Positions 12,899 through 24,300 of a DNA stretch of 64,000 nucleotides are shown here, piece after piece. Each line of letters begins with the position of its first letter. Position 1 is the stretch's first letter. The stretch is from Schmidtea polychroa. Taxonomy: Eukaryota. The stretch spans positions 226,424,001-226,488,000 of the forward strand of contig CM097885.1 in assembly GCA_044892525.1 (NCBI GenBank), given 5' to 3'. The notes under the pieces are model-generated. The model saw only the letters and a program-made list of their open reading frames with translations, ran no database searches and was not told where the DNA came from. The translations under genes and the position numbers were made by a program.

Positions 12899-12936
<38 letters not shown>

Positions 12937-13502
12937 GTTATTATTACTATTATCATTATTATTATTATAATATTATTAAAATAATTATCTTTATTTCATA
13001 AAAATAAAATTATAAAACAAATTATTGATTTTGGGATTCCCCTATCTCTAAATTTAGTTTCAATGGCCCTATCTTCCAATAAAATTACGGAAAATCACTA
13101 AAATCTATTTTTAGTAACAGCCCCCCCCCCCTGAAAACGACATCAATATTATTAATTTAAATTATATCCATATATGTATATATGTGTGGGTGTATATATA
13201 TATGTGTGTGTGTGTGTGTATATATATGTATATATATATATATGTGGATGTGTGTATGTATATATAGATTTATAAAATAACCTTATAAAAATATAACCAC
13301 CGATCCCCCTAAAGACCCAAAATTGTATAATAACAAGAATTAAGGTTATTGCTAGTCGTCCTATAATCCTAAAATTTTTTATAATTTTGCATGTGTTATT
13401 ATTATTACCCTAGTGCTATTATTATTACTACGATTATTATTATCATTATTATTATTATTACTATTATTATTATTACTGCTATCAATGTTATTATGATTAT
13501 TA
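12865..13502. repeat. (ATT)n and (TA/TG)n microsatellites
   Basis: (ATT)n at ~12865-12985 and ~13400-13500; (TA)/(TG) at ~13170-13270. Confidence 0.9.
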
Positions 13503-14272
13503 TAAATAGAATAAAAAGCATAAGAGTGAATGAATAAGAGAAAAAAAATTAACTAAACAAAATAGGAACTTTTATTGTGCAAATTGTTCGTTTTGAGAGC
13601 CGATAAAATTCCAATAATGAATGGAAATTCACCTTTTCCTGAAAAGTTTACTAAGTAATTTATACCCGTGTGCTCCGACTAGTATTTCTATTTTGGGTTT
13701 GAAATCGATTTCAGTTGTAAACTTTCCGTTCGAATATTTAAAAATAAGCCTCTCCACAATCTACTAAAATAGCCACAGCGAGTGAACAGAACCTAAAAAA
13801 GGGAACAATTCCTGCTAACTTGTACCTGAAAAATTAGTGAAAATAGATGTAACAATATAAATTACCAAACTGAATGAGGATAAGTGTGGATTGTGCCACT
13901 GCTGACTGCCGCAACTGAGGAAGAAGCAAGCATTTCGAAAACAAAGTTCGATGCTAGTGCTTCTTTCTCAGCGAGGTCGCATACAGTGGCAATTGCATAC
14001 ATAATTACTTGAAAATTTAATTCCTGAATAAATATAAAAATTTAAATTCACCGCTTTGAGGTGATAAGTAAATGACTATCACGTCATCATTTAAAACAAA
14101 TATTTAATAATATAACTTAATTTATTAATTTAAGTTAAAGATTTATTACTTTAATTTATTAATAAATTTTAATTTTGCACTAACTTAATTTATTAATTTG
14201 GGTTAAAGATTTATTACTTTAATTTATTATAAAATTTTAATTTTTCCGATGGAATATTAGTTTTAGGCTAAA

Positions 14273-14276
14273 TTAA
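14273..14276. other. 4-bp target-site duplication TTAA of element 2 (partner 44424-44427)
   Basis: ttaa|TGTTG at the left end and CAACA|ttaa at the right end; the 5-bp extension does not match. Confidence 0.85.
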
Positions 14277-14664
14277 TGTTGGGCTGAGTCGAAGGGTAGT
14301 TGGGAAATTAGGGCAAACTTAACTAAAATAAAATAAAAAATAAAAACAAATAAATTGACAAATAAAATAGAATAAAACATAAGAAAAACAATAATTAGAA
14401 AATAGGAATTAAAACAAAAAATATAAAGATGAGAAAAAATTAAAATAGGACAATAGAATGGCGGAAAACAACGTAAAATATAGTAAATAATAAGAAAATT
14501 AAGGAAAATAAATAAAAACATAATTTTAATAAAGAAAGTAAGAAGAAATAACTAAAAAAACAAGGAAAATAAATTAAATTAATAAAATTAAGCGGTACTC
14601 AATTCTAATTGGTCCGCGCAAACAAAAAATTAATATATAAGCAGGCATTAAAAACATAACAATT

Positions 14665-14741
14665 ACTGTTAATCAAACCACCTCAATAGGTAAGTGAAAT
14701 TTAAACAATACCACTGTTAATCAAACCACCTCAATAGGTAA
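14665..14741. repeat. 29-bp direct repeat ACTGTTAATCAAACCACCTCAATAGGTAA in the LTR (enhancer-like duplication; also in the 3' LTR)
   Basis: Copies at 14665-14693 and 14713-14741. Confidence 0.85.
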
Positions 14742-17112
14742 ATCTATTCTACGACAGAACAGAACTCCAGCAACTAACGCACGATAACTCACGAGGACAA
14801 TTCCAAGATTCAAGAGATTTTTACAGAACTAGACGATATTCGAGCATTAACTGATTCGACATAGTACCCTTTTCGACTCAGCCCATACTTGTATCAATCA
14901 TTCGGTAAGGATTTTTGATTGCTTATTTTGAATTTTTAAGTAATGCGTATAGTTTAATAATATTTTTAATTTAAAAAAAATGGTTTTTCTTTTCGTTTGA
15001 TTTTCGAATGCTTTACTTAAATTAATAATTTGCTTAATAATAAATGATTTGCTCGTTAAGAATTATTGATCTTTTATGAATTAATTTGTATGAATTATTG
15101 GAGACTATTCAATTTTGCGAGAAACGTGGCGTTGAGATACTCTATGTCATGGTGTGAGGTGCCTTCGGAAGCTCCACCGGTGGACATAGGGTATTTCAAT
15201 CACGCAGCTAGATTGGGCCGAAATGTGAGGGCTTCTTCACGGGTCCAATTGCTGAAGGTGCGACTAAAATCTATAGGTAGATGGTGGCAGAAAATTGATA
15301 GTCATGTAGTGATTGAAAACAAAGATATGTAAGAAAGGAATCGGGGAATTTTGATGTATTCGCGCAGTGATTGAGGGTGTCACACTATCGTTTTCGAATG
15401 TCGTGTTTGCTAAGAAAAATTTTTTCTCCATCATCAATGTAAGTTGTGCGTCAAAAAGTGTTCAAACCTTAGTGAGGCTATCTGTGACATATCTTCGATG
15501 CTCACACTTTTCACTCAGAATCTGTTCCGACCAATTGTTAGCCTAAAACCCTTTGAACTATTATTCCGTTCACCTAAAAGTTCTCTTAAAGACATAGTTG
15601 CAAGGAAGCTCAAAGTAGATTGCTTCAGATAATTATTGGAATTATTCCAAATGACTGTTTACGGATAAATTGTAGAACTACGTAAAATAATTTATTACAG
15701 ATAATTGTTAGAACTTCATAAAACGAGTTTGTTCCAAATAAAATTTTGAATTACATAAAATAATTTACTTCAATTAAATTTTTTTGAATTATATAAAAAT
15801 ATTTACATACAATTAATTATCATAATTACATAAACTATTGGCATCAAATAATTTAACAACAAAAAATGCAACCAATTCGAACCAAGAAAATATATTTCTT
15901 CAAGTTAGCCGATAATCTTGTTAAATACGAAATTCCAGTATTACATGAGGTTGGCAATCCAGCAGAGATAGGAAAAAAATCCTCCAGCACTTAGAGAGTA
16001 GATTGGTAAACTAGGCTTGAGTAATTAAAGACGAAAAATCCACCCTTGGAGCAAGCTATATCCAACATTTGCAATACAGATAATTATAATTTTTCCAATA
16101 ATCCGGTGAGAATTAGTAAATCATCACCATATGCCGTAGAATTGTGAGCGAATACGCGGTGGATAAAATTCTGAGAGAATGCCATCATGCAAACATTCAA
16201 CGCCTGCATTTGTAGTATAATTAAGTGTGTGAAAGCGCACCTTGCATGCGTCACCAGTTGCAGACTTACCTAATAGCCAAGTACAGTAGGCAAAGTCACA
16301 CACGCATCTACTCATGTAAAATTAGATCGAACATGCCAATTAAACTACCGACAGCTATCAGATTTCACCGCTCCGGATTAAGAGTCAATCACTGGGCTGA
16401 CATTACCTTATCTACCCAGCAGGTATGGTCGACTACTAGCTCACACTGATACCGTGCTCAGTTGTTATAAAGACACTAATTTTTAATGATAAACTCGATC
16501 ATAATTATGATTATTCTCTCTTTATTATCTTAGCATGAATGGCACCGAAATTATTTCATTTTTTGACATAGTTATCATTAATATTAATATCGAATATTGT
16601 TAAATAAATATTATGTAAACCAGGTAAAACATATGTGAGTAATTAAAGAGAATGAATAAACAATTAAAAATTTAAATAACCTTCCGTTTATCCTGTAGGA
16701 ACTAATCAACAGGCATTATGGACCCCTTTTCCATAGATAGTCACTCGACCCCAGTATATGATACACTCATTAAAAGCACTCGTACGGGGGGAGAAGTCGA
16801 CAATTTAAATCGATTCTCGGTAAACGTGAAATAATGACTCCAAGCGGATTAAATAAATAATCATTTTCATCGACCTAGAATTTCTCTCACAAATAGTAAT
16901 ATCTTCCTTTTCCTTGTGCGAAATCTGGTTTGATCGATTTATCTCCTTATAATTAAAGCCCCGAAAGGGTACGAGAATCCATCGCGTAGTAGAACTTGTC
17001 TTGACTGGTAAACCCATATTTTTGTCTATGATCAGTACAGTATGAATGTAGTCAGATGGTGACACTCCCGCTGATTTAATTATTTTCATTTTCTTTTTCA
17101 CAGTCGCTCAAA

Positions 17113-17706
17113 ATGTTGCCAAATTCCAAGCCCGTTCTTCGACCTTGTTTTTCTTGCTCCGAGAGTCGGGCGCAGAGGAGCCTAATAAAAGAGCAGTCGG
17201 AGGCGCTGCACAAATTATACGTCCAGGCAGCAACTACAAGGAAGATCGCGAAGATCCCAATAAATGAAGCCAGTAACCTTTTCCCAGCACATCATGATAT
17301 CTCTGGCGGGTCTTCTTCTCCAGTCGGAAAGTCCTGCCATGGGTGCGTGGAGACCGAGCTCTCACCTAAAGAACCAGAAATCATCTTTACCGGAACCAGT
17401 AAAGTGCTACCTGCGATAGCATCCACCTCAGCAGCACCCTCGACCAACCAAACAGCATCGAAGCCAAAGCGTCGGCAATTATCGAGAGCAGAACGAAAGA
17501 AAAAACAGCGGGAACGCATAACCGCCAAACAGAACCAGAAATCGTCGGATCATCCAATCAAAGTCATCAACCCTCCTGCAGCAATCGATTTAGCATCAGT
17601 GATCTCAGGGCGAATCATCTCCGCCGCTGGTGTTACCTGGGAGGAAAACGCCTCTGAGTTTTTCGATTTGGAAGATCTATTGGCAGACTCGGAGTGGGAG
17701 AAATGA
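17113..17706 (+). CDS. LTR-encoded ORF, 5' LTR copy (197 aa, lacking 52 aa in frame)
   Basis: Identical to 43110-43859 except for a 156-bp in-frame deletion. Preceded by the acceptor-like TTTTCTTTTTCACAG (AG 17102-17103) and followed by AATAAA at 17841. Confidence 0.6.
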   Translation: MLPNSKPVLRPCFSCSESRAQRSLIKEQSEALHKLYVQAATTRKIAKIPINEASNLFPAHHDISGGSSSPVGKSCHGCVETELSPKEPEIIFTGTSKVLPAIASTSAAPSTNQTASKPKRRQLSRAERKKKQRERITAKQNQKSSDHPIKVINPPAAIDLASVISGRIISAAGVTWEENASEFFDLEDLLADSEWEK

Positions 17707-18277
17707 GAACTTCCCCGTAAAAAGTCTTCGTTCTTTGAATTGACCTGAACATTATCTGATAACATTTTACCTTGTCTCTTTTCCCGTTGTCGTGGACTTT
17801 ATTGTATAGGTGTTAGATATATTTGTGTGATAATCTTAATAATAAACCATTTTTGTCTGCATACGTTTTTTCTTGTGCCCATCTTAAGACAGTTGAGTTG
17901 AAATTGGTAAATGGTATTGAGAGTCATAAAATCATGAGGAGCATTAGTCAGTTGGTAAACTCAGCTAGAAATATTGCGATGGGGCGACAGAATGAGTAGA
18001 CGTAAGTCCTTCTATCGGCAGTCAGGGTTGGGAAGTCGAGGCCTCAGTAAGGAGTAGTCCGAAGGAGCTGGCTCACCTGCTTACTGGCGTCTCGCCGGCA
18101 TAGCACAGTTCCAACGTGAAGCAATTCACGGGTGCTATGTTGGAGTGTAAGTTATGTACGGGTCCCGCTCGGCGATGACCAAATAAATGAGGGGCGAAAT
18201 CGAGGTGGCATTCATCCTCTAGACTAAAGTTACACTAGAAAGGGGTCATCCGAGTAGTGTACCCGCAACATAATTTT

Positions 18278-18295
18278 TGGGGGCTCAGCCGGGAT
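18278..18295 (+). promoter_or_regulatory. Primer-binding site, tRNA-Pro type
   Basis: TGGGGGCTCAGCCGGGAT lies 7 nt after the 5' LTR and matches the MLV tRNA-Pro PBS TGGGGGCTCGTCCGGGAT at 16/18. Confidence 0.8.
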
Positions 18296-18595
18296 TTAGA
18301 GTGAAATTTCCATTGACTAGTGTAAACTGGATAAGGATGTTATTGAGTGAATTTCTGTCGAATAGAGTGAACTCACCGGGGATCAGTGATTTCAATGGGT
18401 TAGCGAGTGCAAATTGACTAATGCTTATCGAATCTTATTATAAATCACGAATAGAAAATAATAAAATTAAAAATATAAATAAAGCAAATTTAATGATGGA
18501 GAAATAAGATAAAAGCAAAATAATGATAACGAGTTAGAAAAGAGAATGTTTGACGAAACGAAGTCATATATTACTGAAACATTTTTTTTATAGAC

Positions 18596-19081
18596 ATGAC
18601 GGAATTCGTAGACCAGATACAACAACTAATCAACTTCATAAACATCGAGAATGACTCCCTTAAAACGCTGACACAAAAAAGAGAAAGAATTAACATCATA
18701 CTACTTCAAGCAATCGGGCAAACACCAGTCGTCCCCAACCACATGTTATTAGCCACAGGACTAAGTCACCCAGAGGGGAAGGTAAACCCGGAAACCGTGT
18801 ATCAATGGTATCAAGAGAGATTGAACCACCCAGCATTAAATCTTGATTATCAACGTATAAAAGATCCACTAAATACCATGTCAGATACAATCGAGCGGAA
18901 AATACAAGAAAAACTGACTCTACTACGAACTTGTCGTGCTTGTAAACTTCGTCCTATTCGCGTACTGTTTTTGCCGTGTGGACACCTCAGTCACTGCGAA
19001 GAATGTGTGAACGATTTAAAACGATGTACGATATGTAGGCATGAAATAAAAGAAACTCATATGGTTTATTATGGTGAATAA
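18596..19081 (+). CDS. IAP/MYLIP-type C3HC4 RING protein without BIR (161 aa), putative E3 ligase
   Basis: C-terminal CRACKLRPIRVLFLPCGHLSHCEECVNDLKRCTICRHEI. An acceptor-like TTTTTTTATAG ends 2 nt before the ATG. Confidence 0.85.
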   Translation: MTEFVDQIQQLINFINIENDSLKTLTQKRERINIILLQAIGQTPVVPNHMLLATGLSHPEGKVNPETVYQWYQERLNHPALNLDYQRIKDPLNTMSDTIERKIQEKLTLLRTCRACKLRPIRVLFLPCGHLSHCEECVNDLKRCTICRHEIKETHMVYYGE

Positions 19082-19427
19082 AACTGTTATAGATACAATG
19101 ACATCTATGAACATCAAATTGATACTGACAATTGAATGAGAATGAATGTAATTGTTGTGTGAAATTTTATTAACGTTTTAAATTGTATTTCTATGACGAA
19201 TAAATTTTTGTTGTGAACTGAGTAATTTATGGCTTTTAATTTTATTTTTTTTTATAACTTTGGTTTGGAATCAAACGAAAAGAAAACCGAAATAACGTGG
19301 AATTAGTCCCAATATAGGCTGTAAGGGTATAAACCGAGCCACCTTAGGGCGGTACGTTCTATCATACGATAAAACCAATTGGGAGGGGATAACCGATCAA
19401 CCTAAGTGAGGAGCGTAGGGCGGGGTA

Positions 19428-19499
19428 CCATCGCAAATGATGAGAAGTTTCTGCGGTATGACTGATCACCATGCCAATGTAGAAATGGATCATCGCGAT
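19428..19499 (+). other. Conserved leader stem-loop with palindromic loop (DIS/packaging-like), element 2
   Basis: Loop ACTGATCAC (19461-19469) closed by GGTATG/CATGCC; outer stems TTTCTGC/GTAGAAA, GATGA/TCATC and ATCGC/GCGAT. Confidence 0.6.
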
Positions 19500-19690
19500 C
19501 GTCGTGCGTTTTGAGCAAGGGGGGAAAGGGGACACACTCCCGAGCGGTAAAGATTAAGTCGACAAATTAAAAATAGACAGAGAAAATGGTAATCTTGAGT
19601 AAAAGAAGAAAGAGAGAAGTAGAAGCATGCAGAGTAAAGAATGTTAAAGCCGAGCTGTAAAATAATCCAGCCGGTCAAGGAAACGAAAAC

Positions 19691-20017
19691 TGAGCTGTTG
19701 TATAGTGCCAGCCAGTCGTAAGATCGAGTTGTCGAATAGTCCAACCGATCAGAAGGAGGAAGATTGAGCTGTTGAATAGTGCCAGCCAGTCGTAAGATCG
19801 AGTTGTCGAATAGTCCAACCGATCAGAAGGAGGAAGATTGAGCTGTTGAATAGTGCCAGCCAGTCGTAAGATCGAGTTGTCGAATAGTCCAACCGATCAG
19901 AAGGAGGAAGATTGAGCTGTTGAATAGTGCCAGCCAGTCGTAAGATCGAGTTGTCGAATAGTCCAACCGATCAGAAGGAAGAAGATTGAGCTGTTGAATA
20001 GTGCCAGCCAGTCGTAA
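19691..20017. repeat. 74-bp tandem repeat, 4.4 copies, in the element 2 leader
   Basis: TGAGCTGTTG starts at 19691, 19765, 19839, 19913 and 19987; the units are nearly identical. Confidence 0.95.
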
Positions 20018-21382
20018 AGGCCTAGAAAAGCGAGAGATAGCAGTTAAGCTACAATGAGCTAATATCTGAATTAATAGAGAAAGGGAATATCAAAGCTAGC
20101 TAGAAACAAATTGAATGTAATTACGGAAATTTGAGTTTAGAGAGAAAATAAACGAGCTCGTGGAAAAGATAATAAGATTATAATGAAAAAGGAAAGGGAA
20201 GAAGGAAACGAATTAAAGAGATAATGGAAAATAAAGAATAGGCGAAACGATGATAATGAGTAAAGAGGAAAGTAACCAACTAATTAAAGGGATCCCAGTG
20301 AGGTAGAGAAACTCTACGGAATATTTTTTTGGTTAAACCGGGAAAATGCATTTTATTGGTTCCAGAGTAGAACCGAGCGTAATAATAGTAAATATGAAAA
20401 GTAAAATAGCGACAACAGCGCAAAAGGAATAGGAAAACGAAGGGGGGTAATAAGCAGAGACCGACAACGACCTATTTTTACTATAATTGATAACGAATAG
20501 ATAATTATTACGACTTGATAGATAATTGTTACTACCCCATATAGATAATTTAAAATCGACGAAAAATTCGGGCTGATGGGAGATTATAACCCGCGGAAGT
20601 AATTGCATAAAAAAAATAGGGGAAGCATAAACAGAACCTAAAAGGTGTCTGTGTTCGAACGTTGTTGAAAGAATGATGAAGTCGTGTAAGCAAATGCAAC
20701 ACGAGATCATTTTTTCATTTTAGATATCAAACCAATCCAGTCAACCAAGACAATCCAGAACCTGCACAAAAGGAATTCGAAGAAATCGACAATCGACCAA
20801 GAATAAATTCATTCAGAACCCGCACCGAGAGACACAGCAACCGGAAGACTCCAGAACGGAAGAAGATACAGATAGCGATATCTCCAACTTCGAACGAATC
20901 ATCGATATATTCAACCTTATAATATTAGCAGCCATCTGTCAAGGACTAGTGAATCTCCTCAGAATCACAGTAGCAGATCCATACAGAATATTTATCGAAG
21001 GAAACACAATCAGAACCGAACTCGTCCAATTCAATAGCCGCTAATTACCAAGAAGCGTAAGAAAGGAATCACGGATAAACCCAATCTTAGATCTTCAAGT
21101 AAGCCAGGAGACGTATTATTTTCAGGAGACGAATTACAACAACTCAAAAGAGGACGATCTATTAAACAGCAAAGAGGAATATCGCAAGGATCAAGAAGAA
21201 CCAATCAAGTACCTATATTTGACCAAGAAAATCTCGGATACACCCCTAGTCGATCTCGAAGCAGAGAAAGTCTGTCCGACATCACTAATAGTTTAGCAAC
21301 GTCAACCGAGGAATTATCAGCCCAAAGTTTAGTCACATCGTTAGACAATTTAAAAGAAACAGACGAATCTAGAACACCAATC

Positions 21383-24300
21383 ATGACGAATGTCGTAAAA
21401 ACCGACGAGTATAAAGAGAAGTTCAGAGGAGAACCGTTCAACGGAAATGCAAACAAGCTAGCACCGTTCATAACTAATTTTGAAGTTTATATCACTGTGT
21501 GTGGATGGACACCCGAAGCAATTAGTAAAAGGATGCCGTTGTTTTTGTGCGATAGCGCATTAGAAGTATATTTAGAAGCTAAAGAGAGAGATACGAAATT
21601 AGAAAAGTGGGAAGATATCAAAACATTCCTGAAGAAAACCTTCGGAGCCAGTAAGCCAGTCAACCAGGCGTTGGGCGAACTAGCAAATAGGAAACAAAGA
21701 GTAAACGAATCGATAACATTATACGCCAGTGAATTGCGGAGATTAGCGAAGAAAGCAATGAATGGAAAATTACCCGAAGAAAATCTGATCGGTTATTTCA
21801 TAGAGGGATTACGCCGAGAAGAAGTAAGAGCCTCAGTAGGTTGTCAAATGTGCAAAACATTAGAGGAAGCCATAGATTGGGCTACAAGATGCGAGCTCCA
21901 CCTTCCAGCTCAAATGAATATTATGCAAGAGGAGGGAAGGATAGCGACAGCAATAGCGAAAGCGGATAACGGAGATAACAACAATCAAGAACTGAAAATG
22001 AATCAATTTATACCAGGAGCGCACCAAATTTTCAAACCACCACAAGGACGATCAAATGGGAATAATGGTAATCGTAACAACCTAAATAATGAGAACAATT
22101 TCAATAATCGACGAAATATGAACGATAACAAGCAGTGCCGAACATGCGGTAAACCAGGACACTGGGACAGAGATTGCTATAGAAATTCAAATTGTAATCG
22201 TTGCGGACGGCGTGGACATACCGAAAATGTATGCCAATTAAGAGGTTGTTTTAACTGTGGTCAGCCAGGTCACATCTCCAGAGATTGCCGAGAAAGGGGC
22301 CAACAACAACGACCACCACCGCGAAATAATAATTATATGGCGAATCCGCAAAGACAAAACAACCCTAGCGAAGGAAAACAAATGAACGTTATGCAGGAAA
22401 TCTCGCAGATGAAACAGATGATGCAACAAATGATGAGACCGAGACCGGAATCAGCACCACAACAAACCCAGAATATACGTATGATGAGGAGTACCGAAAA
22501 TCTCAACAATTATGAAGTGCATCAACATGTACAAGAATGGCAAAGACTACAGGCCGAGGAAGAGAGGATAAAACAAGAACGCAACCAACAACGACAAGAA
22601 CAACCATTGCGAATTAATATGATGAAGTTAGTAAAAGACATGAAAAGCCAGTATTGCTACAATTACGGGAAAAACCCAAGGGTAGTACCCATGACTGAAC
22701 CAGAAAAGGTAACAGAAACAACAACGGAAATGAAAACAGAGAATTCAACCACGATTTTAAAAGGAAACCAGAGAATTCAGAAAATATTCTGGAAAAAGAT
22801 AAAAGATAAAATCGAAAAAGAACATAATAAAGCGAAAGCCGAGACAGAAGATGAAAATAACAAGAGCAAGGAACAAACCAGTCAATTAAACCACCAAATG
22901 CTACAAGAATTAGAATCAGAAGAAACAACGATATTCGAAAGAAAGAAACTAAAGAGAGTACCAAGGATGAGAAATTTGCAAATCAATATGATGAAAAGGA
23001 CAAAAGATGTAGCATCGTCAGACGAAGAAGAAGATTATGTAAGTAGTTTGGGGGGAGAAATACTACAGCTAAACGAAATAAGCGAACCTCCAAAAGGGGA
23101 AATCAAAGAGGAAGAAAGCGAAAGCGAGATAACAAGTGGAAGTGAAGACGAGGATATCGAAATAAAGTTGAGAAAAGCAAGGGAGGAAGCGATAAAACAG
23201 GTAGCCGAAATACTCCCGGCGGTAGTGAGAAACCAAGAGTTCATCGACGTAATATCATTCAGGCGATTCGTGCAAAAAGTGATGAAATTGGAAAGAAACG
23301 AGAAAGATTTAATACCAAACGAGGAAAAATCAATTATAAAAAAGTATATGGAAAAAATGAAGCAGGCAGATACCACGCGGTATGTAATAAAAATCGGAAC
23401 GAGTAGAGGACTTGAAAGAATGTGGATAAAAAATACAGTCACCGACGAACTTTTCGATTGGATACGAGAACATTTGGGAGATTCGAGAAAGAAAGAATAT
23501 CTGTATCAATACCAAGGAGAACAGATCAAACCAGACATGCACTTAGTAGATGCACTAATATGGCCAGGAGAAACGCAAATACTGAAGTTGCATAAAGAAA
23601 AACAACCAGCCAACCTTTACGATTGGGCTAAAGACGCCAAGGCAGAATATGATTTTAATATCAAATTGAAATTAGAACAAATAAAACAATGTACTCTGAG
23701 ACGAAACCTGGATAAGCTGATCAAAAAAATTCAAGAACAAGTAGAAGACAACTGGGATTTACTCATCACCAGACGAGCCCCAGCCATGTACGAACTAATG
23801 ACCCAATTGCGAGATACAGAAATGCTCCGGATGAGTGATTGGAGAACCATAAATTTGATCCACAAATATGGAAGGTTAAAAGAAACCCAGCCACAGAGGT
23901 TGGAAATAACCATATGGTTACCGAACGAGGAAAAACGACGAATAAAAATGAGCAATCAGAGTACAGTGGATGACTTGGTATCAAAAATAAACCAAGAGAT
24001 AACAGAAAAGGTACGTAGCGAAAGTATTGATGGTATGGTGGATGATGTAGTCATGATGTACGATAAAATAATATTACGAGCGGAGGACGACACCTCGTTA
24101 AGCGAAATGGGTATGTGGGACAATCATCAGATAATCAGGATAGTACCAATGGATGAATTTCGAACAAGAGATGTAACCTATCAAAAAGAAATACGAGACC
24201 GGATGAAAACGTTATATCAAAAATCTACGGAAATAATTAAAATCCACCAACAATGGTTAAAAGAAAAAGAACTACAAGGAAAAATCACGAAACTAAGCAC

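Larger units (their letters stand above)
9808..14276 (+). repeat. Element 1 3' LTR, left part (interrupted by an AT-rich satellite and by element 2)
   Basis: Starts TGTTGGGCTAGAAC and is colinear for ~750 bp with 58901-59660. Right boundary is set by the element 2 insertion. Confidence 0.6.
14277..18270 (+). repeat. Element 2 5' LTR (3994 bp)
   Basis: TGTTG...CAACA. Matches 40274-44423 at offset 25997, then 26153 after a 156-bp gap; I noticed only two substitutions (near 15358 and 17989). Confidence 0.97.

Noticed and set aside
11050-13500. AT-rich block as a Helitron or other discrete insertion
   Set aside because: No TC...CTRR ends, terminal hairpin, TIRs or TSD could be defined; reported only as repeats.
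19691-20017. 74-bp array as a CRISPR locus
   Set aside because: The units are head-to-tail and near identical with no unique spacers, there are no cas genes, and the context is eukaryotic.
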